Positions 28,224-42,369 of a DNA stretch of 64,000 bases are shown here, in pieces. Both the position numbers and the translations under genes were made by a program. The number at the start of each line of letters is the position of its first letter. Position 1 is the stretch's first letter. The stretch covers positions 124,558,001 through 124,622,000 of the forward strand of contig OZ024740.1 of assembly GCA_964016885.1 (NCBI GenBank), given 5' to 3'. Source of the DNA: Eledone cirrhosa. Taxonomy: Eukaryota. Below the pieces are notes generated by a model, which was not told the origin of the DNA, did not search any database, and saw nothing but the letters and a program-made list of their open reading frames with translations.

Positions 28224-28534
28224 GATGTGGATTATATCCATGAGATGTATATCTGACATATCCAAGCAACATTATGAATTCCTTTCAAATGTAGTTCCTT
28301 ATTTTCATAATTTTTTATTTCATTTCAAACTCCAAATAAAATGTTGCTACTCACAATGACATATTCTATTTTACTTGAAACGAACACTTTAATTGATTTC
28401 ACCCACAACATTATCTATTACAAGCAGCCTACAAGAAGGCATCCGTGCAATAGCCTATCATGGTAAAAATAGCACGCAAATCTCCCTACTTTTCATAAAA
28501 TATAAGGGGTCATATTGACTATTGCATATATATA

Positions 28535-30576
28535 TCATCATCATCATCATCATCGTTTAACGTCCATCTTCCACGCTTGCATGGGTTTGGACTGGAGTTT
28601 TCCCACTTGAGGAAAGGTTGGTTGTCCTGCTCGTATAAGACTGTCTGGCGGGTTTTCTACGGCTGGATGCCCTTCCTAACACATTTACAGTGTGGAACTG
28701 GGAGGTTTTTACCGTGTTACCTACACGGCCACATTACAGCGTGGACTGTGTGTTTTTTTTTTTGTTTTTTGTCGTGACACCTACACGACCTCATTTGTTT
28801 CGGACTGAATGTTATGGTACCAACATAACTTCACATTTAAGGAGGTGGTGTGGATGGGGTGGGGGTAGTGGGACGGGGTGTATTTTTGTTAGAGGTGCCT
28901 ACTGACTGTACGTTTCGCTTTGTACATAGGCAAGGCGGGTCTTCTGTATAACCGTGTAGCACCAAAGATCTCGGTCCAGTGACATTGTCTTGGAGAGGTG
29001 TAAGTGTGTGAGGTCGGAATTTATCAAGTCGTCCCAGGTTTTTCTGGATCTGCCTACTCCGTGGCTACGGTCTATTTTTATCGCCCTGCACTTTTTTATA
29101 CAGCTGTCGTCTTTCATGCGCATCACGTGACCGTACCAAGATAGTCTTCTCTCGAGTAAAAAACATCTGATCCCTCTTATTCCTAATTTCTCCCTTAGTT
29201 CGTTTATGCTTTGCCGTTCACGTATATTACTATTACACATCCAGCGGAGCATGCAAGCTTCGTTTCTCTCCAGTCTGCGTATATCCTCTGTACACAATGC
29301 CCAGGTCTCACTGCCATGTAACATTGCTGTTCGTATGCAGGCATCATACAGCCTGCCTTTCATTTTTAGAGAGAACCCTTTAGCGGCCAATAATGGATAA
29401 TCTCTCTGAACTTTTTCTATCCCGTTCGGACTCTAGCTACTGTACTTTCAGAGCACCCTCCCCCACTGCTGATTTTGTCACCCAGGTAACGGAAGCTGTC
29501 CACTATTTCTATGGAACCATCTGTGCAATGGAATGAGCTAGTATTATGTGTGCACTTGCTGCTACTTATTGCACCAGAGCACCGGCCACATATAAAATCT
29601 ATATTCTTAGTTAGCTCACCTGTGATCCCACTACATCTTTTATGCACCCATACTTTGCATTTGGGATATAACATGGAGTTTCTGGCTACGCCTTTCCTAC
29701 ACACTGAGCATTGCCATTTCCAAGATGGGCCTGGTGCCTATTTTCCTTCCTACAAACTAGAACTTTAGTCTCAGACAAGTTAACTTTAAGGACTTTTGAT
29801 TCTAGGCCATGCTTCCATGTTTGGAATTTTTTCTCTAGTTCAGTCATTGATTCAGCTATGACCGTTAGATCATCTGCATATAGGAGTTCCCACGGGCAAT
29901 AATAAATAGTAGGGGGCTAAGAACGGAGCCCTGATGAACACCAACTTTTCGCTAAACTCTTCACTATATTCATTGTTAATTCTAACCTTGCTGACTGTTT
30001 CTTTATACATGGCTTGTATAGCTCTCACAAGCCATTCATCAACACCTAGTTTTCTAAGAGCCCACCAGATAATGGCGCGGGGTACTCTGTCAAAGGCTTT
30101 CTCCAAGTAAACAAAAGCTAAGTATAGGGGTTTACTTTTAGCTAGGTATTTCTCCTGTAGTTGTCGTACAATGAAAAGAGCGTCTGTGGTATTTTTACCT
30201 GACACAAACCCGAACTGCATTTCATCTAGATCAATGCGTTCTCTGATTAGTTGCGCTATTACTTTTTCTGTGACCTTCATGACCTTGTCGATTAATGTAA
30301 TGCCTCTATAGTTACCCCTATCTAGGGCATCTCCTTTACTCTTGTAGCAGTTCATGATGATGCTGCTACGCCAGACCTTCGGAACGGCCCCATTCTGTAT
30401 GACTTGGTTTCCTATCCGGGTGACCATAGTGTGTCCTACCGTTCCAGATGCTTTCAGCATTTCAGCAACTATTTCCGAAGGCCCAGCCGCCTTACCTGTC
30501 TTCATATCTTTGATTGCCTTACTTATTATATTACATTCAACTAGCACTGCTGGCCCCTCAATTGGATCGATGTGGG
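28535..30576 (-). mobile_element. RTE-clade LINE, 5'-truncated
   Basis: NYRGITL, QFGF, EKAFDRV, ELLYADD, HGSETW; (GAT)n tail; both ends in (TA)n. Confidence 0.92.
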
Positions 30577-30707
30577 GGATATATATATATATATATACAT
30601 ATATACATATATATGTATACATATATATATATATATATATATATGAATATATGTATGTATATATGTGTGTGTGTGTGTGTATATATGTCTGTGTGAGTGC
30701 GTGTGTA

Positions 30708-30738
<31 letters not shown>

Positions 30739-31249
30739 AGTGTAGTTATAATAAATCGAAAGGCCAAAATCCAGAGAGGGCTTGATAACGGTTGTATGTA
30801 TATAAGTATACATAAATCCATAGAACAAACATTTATTATTAGCATAGATTAAAGATTAAGCAAGCAATTTCTGCTTTCATCCTTATGTAGAATCTTCTGA
30901 AACTGAGATACATCAATCCGTGAACACTGACATAAATATTTCGAAAAAATTATGAACAAATATTACCTTTAAGAATAGAAAGGTGTAACAGTAACTCATG
31001 GAAGCATTCACTTTATGCAAAAAAAGTAAAGATTTAATCATGCCATTAAGTGAAGAGGAAAGAAAAAATGTTTGCTATGAAAAAGCAACAGAAGGGTGGT
31101 ACCCTTACAGAAAACTTCACTCATTGGAAACGTTAAGATACTCTAAAGATTGCTTAACAATTTAAGGTACCCCTTCGGTCTACTAATGTAGACATTTGTC
31201 ACTAGAATTACATCACCAGCAACAAATATTGTATGACAAGCAAATAATA

Positions 31250-34200
31250 ATGATTTCATTTATTGGCCACAAGGGACGACATATAGGGAACAATACAAAA
31301 GATTGAGACAGTGGGGTTTTACAGAAAAATCGAGTAAACGATATGAATAACAAACTAACAAGAAAAATACAAGAAAAATTCCCCAATAGGGGGAATAACC
31401 ACCCAGGGTTCGCTCAGGTACCCCACCAGTCCTGAACGACCCAACGTTTCGAGAGCACCCTGGAAGGGCACCCCTCTCCTCCTCAAATTTACCCACCTAC
31501 AGGTGCAGACAGAGAGTAGGCCCACTCACACGGGTCATTCTGGCCACATTCACCCACCTTTCAGCAAATGTACTGGGGGGCAGCACTTCTCTCTCCGCCC
31601 TCACCTTTCTTTCCAAGTGAAACTTGAAAAAGTTGCTGAGGGATTGGCCGAAGAGAAAAGTGTCTGTCTTCAGTTCTTTCAACCTCGTCCACCAAACAAC
31701 CTCTTTCGCTACTGCCACCAGACAGGAAAATTGCCTGCCCTTCCTAGCCAAAGGAAGGCGGCGGGTCGATCTTCACTATGGACTCGGCCGATAGCCGGAT
31801 CCGTTCTACACGCGACAACAGCTGTTCGACATAACTCCACAAGTCAGTAATGCACGGACACTCGACGAGTGCCTGCCGAACGGTTTAGTCGCTCTGCGCG
31901 CCTCACCAGTGGAAACTGACCCCTCCACAAGAATTTGAAGCCGCTCCAAGATGGCAAGGCGCGAACGGGGGCAAGGGACGAGAGTCAGACGGTAGTAGAT
32001 GACGGACGCGATGTATGCGTTCGCCACTTCCGCGCGACCTTTCAGTGATAGCTTTCTCGCAGCCCATTTCTAGGTGATACTGGCTACCCTGCCCGTCACC
32101 TCGTCCCAATTCTTCTCCACCTGGAGGTCTGGTCTAAACCAAACCCCAAGCAACTTTACCGGTCCGTCCGTCCAGCGCCTAACGACACTATTGGACGGCA
32201 TGGACTTGCTTCTCCAGGTGCCGAGTTGCAAGCCATCCAACTTTTCCAGGTTAGGTTTTTCTCCCGACAACCTTTCATATTCCTCCAATAAGTTGCCGAC
32301 CACCTCGATTTCTGAGGTGTCCGACACCATCACGGTGATGTCGTCCGCATAAGACGACACAGCCTTTCCGCATCCCAGCTTCAGCGGGATGCTCTGGAAC
32401 AGCTCCAGCTTCCGAAGTAAAGGCTCAAGAGTCAATACGTACAGAAGGGAGGAGAGAGGGCACCCTTGACGGGCCGATTATGAGACCTGAAACAGTTCCG
32501 AGAAGTGGCCATTCATTTTGACCACCGAGCAGGTGCCGCTGTGCATTGCAGCGATCCAGCTTCTGAAGACGGGGCCGAAGCCAACCACCTTGATGACAGC
32601 CTCCAGGTACCGATGGTTGACCCTATCGAATGCTTTCAATTGATCTAAATTGATCAGAGCCCAACCGAAGCCAGATTTACAGCCTACTCTCTCTATGATG
32701 TATCGCATCAGGTGGAGGTTGTCGTGTATGGACCTGGTTGGGATTACGAAAGTTTGTGCCTACCCAACAAAATTCCCGACGACAAGCGCCAACCTCTTCG
32801 CTAACACCCTCGCCTAAATCTTAAACTCTGTGTTGAACAGAGTTATGGGCCTGAAATTGTCTAATGCGTCCCTTTTGTTCTCGTCTTTCCTTATCAGCGT
32901 CACTACACCCCGGCTCACAGAACTGGGAATGCTCCCGTTCTGCTGCCAGTTGCAGTAGAGCGCTTCGAGGATATTGGAAATCAAGTCTGTCATATTTACG
33001 TAAAGCTCGTAGGCAGACCATCCAAACCGGGTGACTTGTGCCTCATGCAGCCGACAAGGGCATCCTGAATCTCGGCTGAAGTAATCGACCTTTCGCAGTG
33101 CTCAGCGTTAACCATCAAAATGTACGGCAAACCATCAGGGTAGAGACTGAAATCCACCACCGTCTCTGACCCGCCACTTCCCCCGAACAACCTAGCAAAT
33201 TGTTGGTGAAAGGCCTCACACATCCGCTTGGAATCGCTCAGCTCGTGTCCATCTCGGTCCGTCAAAGACTGAATCATTGTTTTATTACCACGCTGCGCCT
33301 CTGCGACGCGGGCCCATCGAACAGCTTTGGTTCACTCGATTCTCAGAACACGTGCCTTAGCTCTGACAATGCAGCCTTCGTGTTTCGCATTGAAGAAATG
33401 GTCTAATGTCATTCTCGCCGCTAGCACGTTAGTTGCAATGCAAATAGCATCGTCTAACTTATCTACCAACTCCCCCTCCTTTCTATTTTTCTCTAACGCT
33501 ACTTCTTTGCTAAACTCTATCGACATTACCCTAATTTCTCTTTTGAGAGCCCCCCACCATCTATTGTTGACGACTCCCCCTGTCAACCTTTTCTTAACTA
33601 AATTGTTGACCTGGTCCCTGTAAGCCTTACGTGCCGGAAATGACATGTTCAGCTTTCAGTAACCAGGTCCTAACCTATGTGTCTTATCTAGGTCGACCAT
33701 ACAGATCACAAACTTGTGACCTGAATAGGCGACCGTTTTAAAACGTGGACAGCTTACACTATTTCTGTCTATTTTCCTAATGAATATCCTGTCTATATAC
33801 CATCTAGATGACCCTATGCGGTTAGTCCAGGTCCACACTGGCGCATTAGGGAAATCTAGTCGGTACCTGTCAGGCAGTTGGCACTGGCTGATCAGGTTCT
33901 TGAGGCTTTTGCACCCCCGCTCCTATTGGATACTCCCACACAGTCCCAGCGTACGTCTAAGATGCCATTCCAGACAGAAAAATGCGAGACGTACCCAGAA
34001 AGTCTTCCAGACGTCTAAAGAAGTCCGGCCGTCCTGCCTCTGTCTAAAGGCACCACATTCGTTATTGTTCACGTCCAGGACCACCAACTTTCCGTCTGGG
34101 TCCCGGAAGATCGACCTTACCTCGAGATCCAGGGCTTTCCTAAACAGCACTACCACCCCACCTCCTATCCCGGCTGACTAACAGATGCAAAGATCTGATA

Positions 34201-35000
34201 GTCGTCGAAAATGGGGGCTAGTGCGGGCGTGTCGGAAATCCTGGTCTCGCTGACGGCAATTACATCCATTTCTAGAGACCAGAGGTCGTTGAGAAGGTGA
34301 CCCTGCTTCCAGGATGATCCCAGGCCTCGAACATTTAAACTTCCTACTCTTAATACGGCCATGTTGGCAGGTTAAAAGAGAGAGAGGAAAGGTTTACTTA
34401 CCTTCTGGGCTCTTGTGAAGGTCGGGTGTTTCGACCTCCATAGTTGGTGGGGTTTCTTTTGGGAACCCCTTTAAAAGTTTTGAAGTGGGTTTTACGTTCG
34501 GGGTTCCCACATCCTGAGGAAAGCTGTCTCGTATCTCTTTGTATAAATCGAGCGACATTCGCACCAGAAACAAATCTTCCGGCACGCGAAGTGTGCTCGA
34601 TTTAAAAATGTACCCCTCTTTTTGTATATCTTCACTTCGTGCAACGAGGGCCATCAGTTCCTTGTTGGCCCTCCTGGTGAGGACGAATTGGGTGATTTTG
34701 TGCTTTGTTAAGTTTCTTTTTTCTTTTTGTGTTTCCTTTTATGTATTTTGGGGGATTTTGGTTTTCCCTCATCTTCACTACTGGTAGATGAGGAGTCTGT
34801 GTCTGTAAGGGTGTATGTGTGTGTATTTATGTGTGTATTTTTTTTTTTGGGGGGGGGGGGGGAATTCGACAACTTTCCTCGTTTCCCCCCTGGGTGGTCA
34901 ATGTTGGTGGTTGTCTTTCTATTGGTGTTGTTGCTGGTGGTTTTGCCGGTGCTGGTGTTGGTTGTGGTCCTCACCCCGACGTCGGCAGCATCGGAGCCTT
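31250..35000 (-). mobile_element. Decayed Tx1/L1-clade LINE (ORF1 remnant ~34394-34974; ORF2 APE+RT ~31497-34362)
   Basis: GSLNVRGL..SETR (APE), KSPGLDGLP, KAFDRV, YADD; 3' AATAAA at ~31258-31263 (minus strand). Confidence 0.88.
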
Positions 35001-36821
35001 TCGACCCCTTTCATCATACCACACATAATTCATTGAGTATTTAAGATGTACCCAAACACATTACTGTAAACGTCTAGAAACAGTGTATGGATTTGTAAAT
35101 CCTCGTTGAGTTGTACGGATACTGTAGTGATATACAGCATTTTTAGGGCCTTTTAAACCCAGCAGAGTCCATCACTCCTCAGATCTGAACAGAGCCAATT
35201 TCTTCCAGCCAAGTGAGAGAAAGAGGGAGAGAGAGAAAGAGTAAGGGAAAAAGATATAGAGGGGGATTTAATTCAATTATTGAACACTTACTATGTTTAT
35301 TGACTTCAAGAGGATGAAAGACAAAGGTAATCATAGAAGATTTGAACTCAGATCACAGAGAGCAGGAATGAATACTACAAAGGCATTCTATCTGATGTTC
35401 TAATAATTGTGTTGATTCGTTGCACCTCTAGATAGTATAGCCATGGGTAAATGCACTTAATCATAGGTCTGCTTGATCAGAGCTTCTCTTCAGGTAGCAC
35501 AAGTATATGCATTATGATGAAGAAGACATGGAAATAAAGAATGGGTGCTTGAGTAAATTCTGAGTTTAGCAACATTGTCAAAAGGTGGAATTTTTTTCTT
35601 CAATATTTTGCTATAAAATTCATATCTGCTTTGAGCTAGATGGACTTCTTAAAATATTAAGTATTTTATAAAGATGTTTCAGTGACAAGATAAGAATTTC
35701 TGATATCTCAGCTGGTTGTCCAGTACCATATTGACTATCATCTATACTGTCATTCTATCAAGAATATCCCCAGATTTTTTTTCGGTGATATTTCAGGTTT
35801 TAGTGCACTTCTAACAAAATTTTTGTCTATTTTAGTTTTTAGATCAAAAGATTTAACCTTTAAGTATTTAGTTGTTTTTTCACAAGGTGTATGATAAAAT
35901 GTTATTTTTGTGTATTTCAAAAACATTTTTCTTGACAAAATAGATGCATAAGCTTTGTCTTTTTCTTCATCCTCAATAAGATTATTGACACAATGTCCAT
36001 CTTCTGTTTGCATATATTTGTCATTTCTTCTGTACACTGAAATGACATTTGCTGTGTTCACATATCAGCAATATGACTGTCATACTTGAATAAAATAAAT
36101 AGTGATTGATTGATAGGGTCTTAAGGCTATGTATTTTGTATAAACAAAACACAGCTGAACTAAATGTTTTACATTATGCAGTTTCCTGTTTCCAATTTCT
36201 GTATTCATGTTGTGATGAACTTTTACACTTATCCTTCGGTTGTTTGCTTTTTATGGCTTAGTCAGAGGAAGTAGAGAAACATTTATGATATCTTGTAGGG
36301 CTACCAAAATTGGAAGGGAAGAAAAACAGCACAGATCAGAAATCTGATCTAAATACTTGTAACAGAATAGACTTTGGAAATGCCTCCTCTCACACCTCTA
36401 GACTAAGTAGTGCAGTTAAAACAGGTGACAGAGTAAGTCTACAACTGAAGAACAAGTACTGTTCACTTGATGAGCTTCAGCAAAGTTTCTGTTTATCCAA
36501 TTTCACCCACAATGTTATGGTAGAAGACATGCTCAAAGTTTCATACAGTGTTATCAAACCTGAAAGCACATGATTGTAACTTCTGAATTAGACAGCCATG
36601 TCTTATAAAACAATTGACAGTAATATATTGAAAAGAGTTCATGCAATAATGCTTCACTTGTCTCCTCCGAAAAGAAGAATGTTAAATAAAAATCATTGTA
36701 AGTCTTACATATATTAACCATATTAATTTGTTAGAGTCTTACTATTTTCTATGCATATTGACATTCCTGGGTAAATTGCTTTGAACATTATGTTATATTG
36801 TCACACCTAGTATTATATTAG

Positions 36822-36911
36822 TGTCCAACACTACCAATACTGCTACTCCACAACCCTCTCCAAATATATTTGGAGAGGGTTGTGGAGTAGCAGTATTGGT
36901 AGTGTTGGACA
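36822..36911. repeat. Perfect 90-bp spacerless palindrome
   Basis: Centre caaata|tatttg; the right arm is the head of an old SINE-1 copy (to ~37065). Confidence 0.95.
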
Positions 36912-37504
36912 ACATGCTTTGTGGCACATTGTTACAGACCAGTAAGTTCTGAGTTTAAATTCCGCTGAAATTAATTTTGTTTTTCATCCTTATGGGGTTG
37001 ATAAAATAAAGTACCACTCAATCAAATTTCCCCTCTCCCCAAATTGCTGGCCTTGTGCCCATTATTATATATTTCATTTTTCTTGTAATGTCCATATTCT
37101 TGTAATGTCAATGAAATAATTAAGCATTTATGCAATGTTTACCTAACCTCAATAGAAATTGAGTTTTGATTTATAGTTTTCCTTCTTGCTATAATAAATT
37201 ATTTACAGTTGAATCATTTTTTAAAGATATTTCTAATGAAATACATTGTATTTCAATTTATTAATAAAGAATTTTGAGGGATTTACTAAAATTCTTCATT
37301 ACTAAAAGGGTAAAATTATGTTGGAAGATTTTAATTTAAAAAAGGACACAGGTTTTGTTTCATAAACTGGTTTTAGGAAGGTTATTACAAAAAAATAATA
37401 ATTTACTATTAACAACATTAAATTTTCGTTCTGATATTTCAAGCATACTGTATTTCAAGCATACTGTTGTTGATTTCATCTTACATTTAATCCAATAAGA
37501 ATAA

Positions 37505-37692
37505 ATAATTGTTTCTACTTTAGGCACAAGGCCAGCAATTACCCAGTGCATTACTGATACTTTATTTTATCGACCCCGTAAGGATGAAAGGCAAAGTCAA
37601 CCTCAGCGGGATTTGAACTCAGATCGTAAAGGGACGTAACTATGCTGGAAAGCATGGCGTCCGACCCTCTACCGATACTGCCAATCCACCTC
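37505..37692 (-). mobile_element. SINE family 1 with 19-bp TSD
   Basis: tccaataagaataaataat at 37491 and 37691. Confidence 0.92.
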
Positions 37693-37992
37693 CAATAAGA
37701 ATAAATAATAATTATATATGCATCTATCCCATGCCAGCAGGGAAAAATAAGCATTAAACAATAATGATACCAAAATATGTTCTTGCCTAAACAAAAGAAA
37801 ATATGTTTTTACATTGAATTATTTCTTTGCAACTAAATTCATGATAAATTCAACATTGCCTTTTGCTTTATACAGATAGCATTAATATGACATTCTTGTA
37901 AATATTTCTTAATGATTTTATGACAGTAAAGAATTGTCAAATTCCTTTTAATATACTGCAGACATATATATATTTATTAAATATCAGATTTC

Positions 37993-38328
37993 TGGAGGCA
38001 CATCGCTTAGTGGCTAGAGCATTGGCCTTGCAATCGAAACGTTGTGAGTTCAATTCTCAGACCAGGTGATGTGTTGTTTCCTTGAGCATGACACTTTATT
38101 TCACATTGCTCCAGTTTACTTAGCTGTATAAATGAGATGATAGGGACTGGGGTTCCTAACATTCCACTGCAAAGTGGTCGTGGAGTTGTCACAGCAAAAA
38201 AGCACCCAGCACTCACTGTAAATGAGGTTGGTGTTAGGAAGGGCATCCAGCTGGAGAAATCAAGCCAGAATCAGTTCCCGTCCCACCGTTGCAAGCAAGG
38301 AAAAGCGGACGTAAAATGATGATGATGA
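37993..38328 (+). mobile_element. SINE family 2 (tRNA head + CORE-like domain + RTE-derived tail)
   Basis: A/B boxes, ccttgagca..cactttatttcac core, tail matching the RTE 3' UTR, (GAT)n. Confidence 0.9.
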
Positions 38329-38334
38329 TTAACT

Positions 38335-38708
38335 CAGCTTTTTCAGGTTTCACTTGAAGAGGAAAATCAGAGTGCAGAGGGAAGTGCTGCCTTCCGAGCA
38401 GTTTGATGGTGAGAGTGGTGATCATGGTACATGTGAATGGGCCTGCCATGAGCATACATCTGTAGATTGGAGGATAACAACTGGAAAACGGCACTTTGCC
38501 CTAACAAACAGGAATTCTCTATGAGTGACCCTTGGAATCTCCTCACCTTTGGAGAATTTATGTTTGTTTTTAAAATATTTCTTTTCTTAGCCCGTTATAA
38601 ATTTTATTTTACAAAAAAAAAAAACTCACACTGTATTGTCCTATACCATCTTTAATGTTTTCTCAATATAATCCCTATGTGGATAATAAAGAAATTGTCA
38701 TTATTATT
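38335..38708 (+). mobile_element. Tx1-family 3' fragment
   Basis: Homologous to the reverse complement of 31250-31630. Confidence 0.7.
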
Positions 38709-38756
38709 GAGGTGGTATATTGACAGTATTGATTATTATCATTTTCTATTGAAAAA

Positions 38757-38937
38757 TAATTGTTTCTACTTTTGGCACAAGGCCAGCAATTACGCAGTGT
38801 ATTACTGGTACTTTATTTTATCGACCCCATAAGGATGAAAGGCAAAGTTAACCTCGGCGTGATTTGAACTCAGAATGGCAAGGGCTGTAACTCCATGCAT
38901 CAAAGAATGGCATCCGACCCTCTACCGATACTGCCAA
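38757..38937 (-). mobile_element. SINE family 1
   Basis: Matches the other family-1 copies. Confidence 0.9.
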
Positions 38938-39499
38938 ATAATATTAACTACATACATTTCATGTTTCTGCCAAAAGTCTAGGATACATTGTTTACATCGA
39001 TGTTTAATCTCATTAAGATTAATCACATTTTACTTTCACAAGATAAAAAAAATATATATGTATTTTGTGAGCTTCCTATATCTTTAACTAGAAGATATTA
39101 AGGTCATTTGTTTCTATCTACATCTATAATTATCTACATTTATTCTAGAATGAATACGTGTTTACACACACACTCACAGATGTATGTATGAAGGCATATA
39201 CAATATGTCTATAAACATATAAGAATCTTACTATGAATATTTTAAGCTGTGACCATGTCACACATTTCTCAGTATCTGTGTGCAAACATCAGATACATGT
39301 TTCTGGATGGTTATCGATAATTAGTGACGATTACTCACTCAGTACTGAGACAAAAATAAGCTAGAGCTTATATAATGTTTTGATATGAAACATTGACTGA
39401 AGATATTTATTTGCATTTGGTGTGAGCTTGATTGTCTAGGATAGTTAGCAATAGTACTAACATAGCATGGTTCATACTTTCTGCAAATCTTTTACAGAT

Positions 39500-40680
39500 G
39501 TCACCTTTCATATGAATTACATGTCAATACCATCGCTGTCATACTACATTGGAACATCCACTGAATGTGGATCTTGCACACATCCACTGGAAGATATTCA
39601 CTTCATTTCTTTCTAGCCTTTGAAGGTCTCCTGTAGTCAAGGCCCATATCTCACTGCCAAGTAACATTGTAGTTCAGATGCAGGCATTATACAGTCTACG
39701 CTTCAATCTGAAAAAAAAGAAGAGAAAAGAGATGGAGAGAAAAGGGAGAAAGGGAAAGAAAGCCCTTTGCTGTCAACAGAGGTATCAGCTCCATAAACTT
39801 CTTCCAGTTTGTTCATACTCTGGTTACCACTCTGTCAGAGCCTTGTCCCCCTCTTTTTCACCCTCTGATCACCTAAGTAACAAAAACAATCAAGAACTTC
39901 TATGGAGTCTGCCAGGCTACTTAGGGATTCTAACTCCTGTGTGCTGTTAATGCTTTCTTCTTTTGTACATCTGCTGCATATAAAGATTATCTTCTCCATA
40001 AATCTGCCTGTAATCCCACTACAACTTTTGTGCATTCATAGATTAAAATGCATACACTTTATGGATTTTCTGCCCACCCCTTTCTAACATGTCCTACAAG
40101 GCCACTTATTTGATGATATCAGGTTCCTGCCATCTTTCCTACTTATCTGGACTTTAGTCTTCACTAAGTTTGCTTTTAAGTCTTTTGGTTCGAGGTTTTT
40201 GTTCCATATCTGAAATTTTGGCTTTAATTCGTCTACAGATTCAGCTATAAGGACTAGATTATCAGCATACCATAGTTCCCATGGTGTGCCAGTCTTAAAC
40301 TCTTCCATTATCTCTCGGAGAACGAAGTTAGACAGAAATTATCTGAGGCTTGAACCATGGTGAAACCCCACCTGCATATCAAATTCTTCATTGTACTAAT
40401 TACCAACTCTCACCTTCTTGGTTGCACCTCTGTAGATGGTTTGCATGGCCCTCAAAAGACATTCATCTATATCTAACTTATTTGGTGTCCACAGGATTAC
40501 AGAGTGGATGACCCTGCTATAGAATGTTTCCAGATCCACAAATTCCAGGTACAGATATTTACTTTTTACATAACTACTTCTGCAGTTGTCTCACAAAGAA
40601 GAGGATCTTGGTAGTAGACCAAATTACATCTCATCTAGCTTGAGTTTGTCCTTAATTAATTGTGTTAAAACCATTTAAGT
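39500..40680 (-). mobile_element. Old RTE LINE fragment
   Basis: EEFKTGTPWELWYADNL; KWPCRTC..HKSCSG..CSRC. Confidence 0.8.
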
Positions 40681-40879
40681 AACTTATGTGGGTATGAGTA
40701 CACATCTGTATGCATAGCAATGTCATTATTTTTTACTCCTTTATGTTAACTCCGCTCTCTTTTAATCTCCCACTCTATTCAGTAAGACACCTATAATTTT
40801 CTTTTTACTCCCTACTCTCTCTCTATAGAAAAGTTTTTCTTTCAGACTCTTTTTGCTCATCTCTATATATGTGTTAAAG

Positions 40880-41640
40880 TCATTTCAATAGATAGCAATT
40901 ACCTTGTGCATGTGCAACACTGCAACTTTCCTTTAAATCTCTATTCCTCATTGCCTGCTGCTTTGGACAATATGCAGTAATCAACCCATGCAGTAATTTG
41001 TTCTCCTTTTTCTCTCTATATGATGTAAAACATGGCATCTGGATTGGAATACCAACCAGCCAGCTAGCCAACACATTGGGTATTATATTATAGAAATTCA
41101 TTTCTTTTATTTAGATTGTGATATTCACATCTTAAAATATGCCTGAAGCTCAAATTTCAGATTTTTATAGAGACAGGTTGCTGATCAATCTAAGGTGAAC
41201 TGCTCCAATGACAAATATATAGGAATCTCAAAAAACATTTCCAATGTCAACAAAATAACAGTCTAGGTTAAAGATGGTAATCATAAACTGCATGGAGCAA
41301 TGTTTTGTCAATCATCGAATGACCAGCATTGGTCAATTTCTGGATTTTATTTCCGTCATTTCTAGCATTAAGTGATGAATAATACAACTTCTTCAGGTTG
41401 TTTGCAACTTCTTAAATGTTTGCATGACCTCTCCTGCATCCTCATTCGTCACTTCATTTTGCCTTCCTTTGACATGTGTCACAAAATGCAATTTCTTAGC
41501 TTTGAAACACATCCTTGTCTAACTTATTAAATCATCTAGCATGTGCAGAATTTCCAATATGGGTTCTTGTTTTTTGCCAACAACATCCACGAAGGATTTC
41601 TTTGGAGAGTGGATCTTCATTTCATGTTTGCGAAAGTCAC
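40880..41640 (-). mobile_element. Highly decayed Hero/NeSL-like RT fragment
   Basis: Remnant motifs MCFKAKK, IDKT, PRL, WLVGIP resemble the C-terminal RT region of Hero-type elements. Confidence 0.4.
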
Positions 41641-41776
41641 CTCAAAGAAGAGGCTAAAAGGGAGAAAAGATATTGAGAAGTAAATGGATTGAGGCAAGTG
41701 AAGAAGGTGACTTCTGCTTTTGCCTCCTGGCACACAATTCTTCCCAACTCTAGCATTTCTCTTTCAATATGTATAT

Positions 41777-41858
<82 letters not shown>

Positions 41859-42060
41859 TTGTATATACTTGAAAAGGGAGTAAGCGTCCATATAAAACAA
41901 AGGTTATAGAAAAAAAAAATAAGAATGAAAACAGAATGGAAATATATTAAAGTATCTATTTTTCTTTTTTTTCTTCTTTGATCCATCAAAGTGGCATTAT
42001 TGAAAAAAGAAGAACAATTTTTGAAAAAAAGGAGTTTTACAATGTATATAAAATATATGA

Positions 42061-42100
42061 AATATAACCGGTTTCGATGTAATCCATCTTATCAAATATT
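42061..42100 (-). ncRNA. 40-nt minimal hammerhead with UUGAUAA core
   Basis: aatat TTGATAA gatg-gatta-catc GAAA ccgg TT atatt; the carrier repeat (~41895-42140) recurs at ~46200-46520 (+) with stem II lost. Confidence 0.75.
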
Positions 42101-42224
42101 AAATATTACAATTTAAATTTAAAAAAGAATTAAAAATTAAAAATGAATTTTGAAGAAGGTCTGTTCATATTTTGTGTTAAACGGAAGACTAGGTCTTAGA
42201 AAAAGAGCCTTATATACATATAGA

Positions 42225-42227
<3 letters not shown>

Positions 42228-42280
<53 letters not shown>

Positions 42281-42328
42281 CAGCAGCTGAAGCAGTAGTA
42301 GTAGCAGCAGCAGCAGTAGTAGTAGAAT

Positions 42329-42368
<40 letters not shown>
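42228..42368. repeat. (GTA/GCA)n microsatellite
   Basis: Direct. Confidence 0.97.
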
Positions 42369-42369
<1 letters not shown>

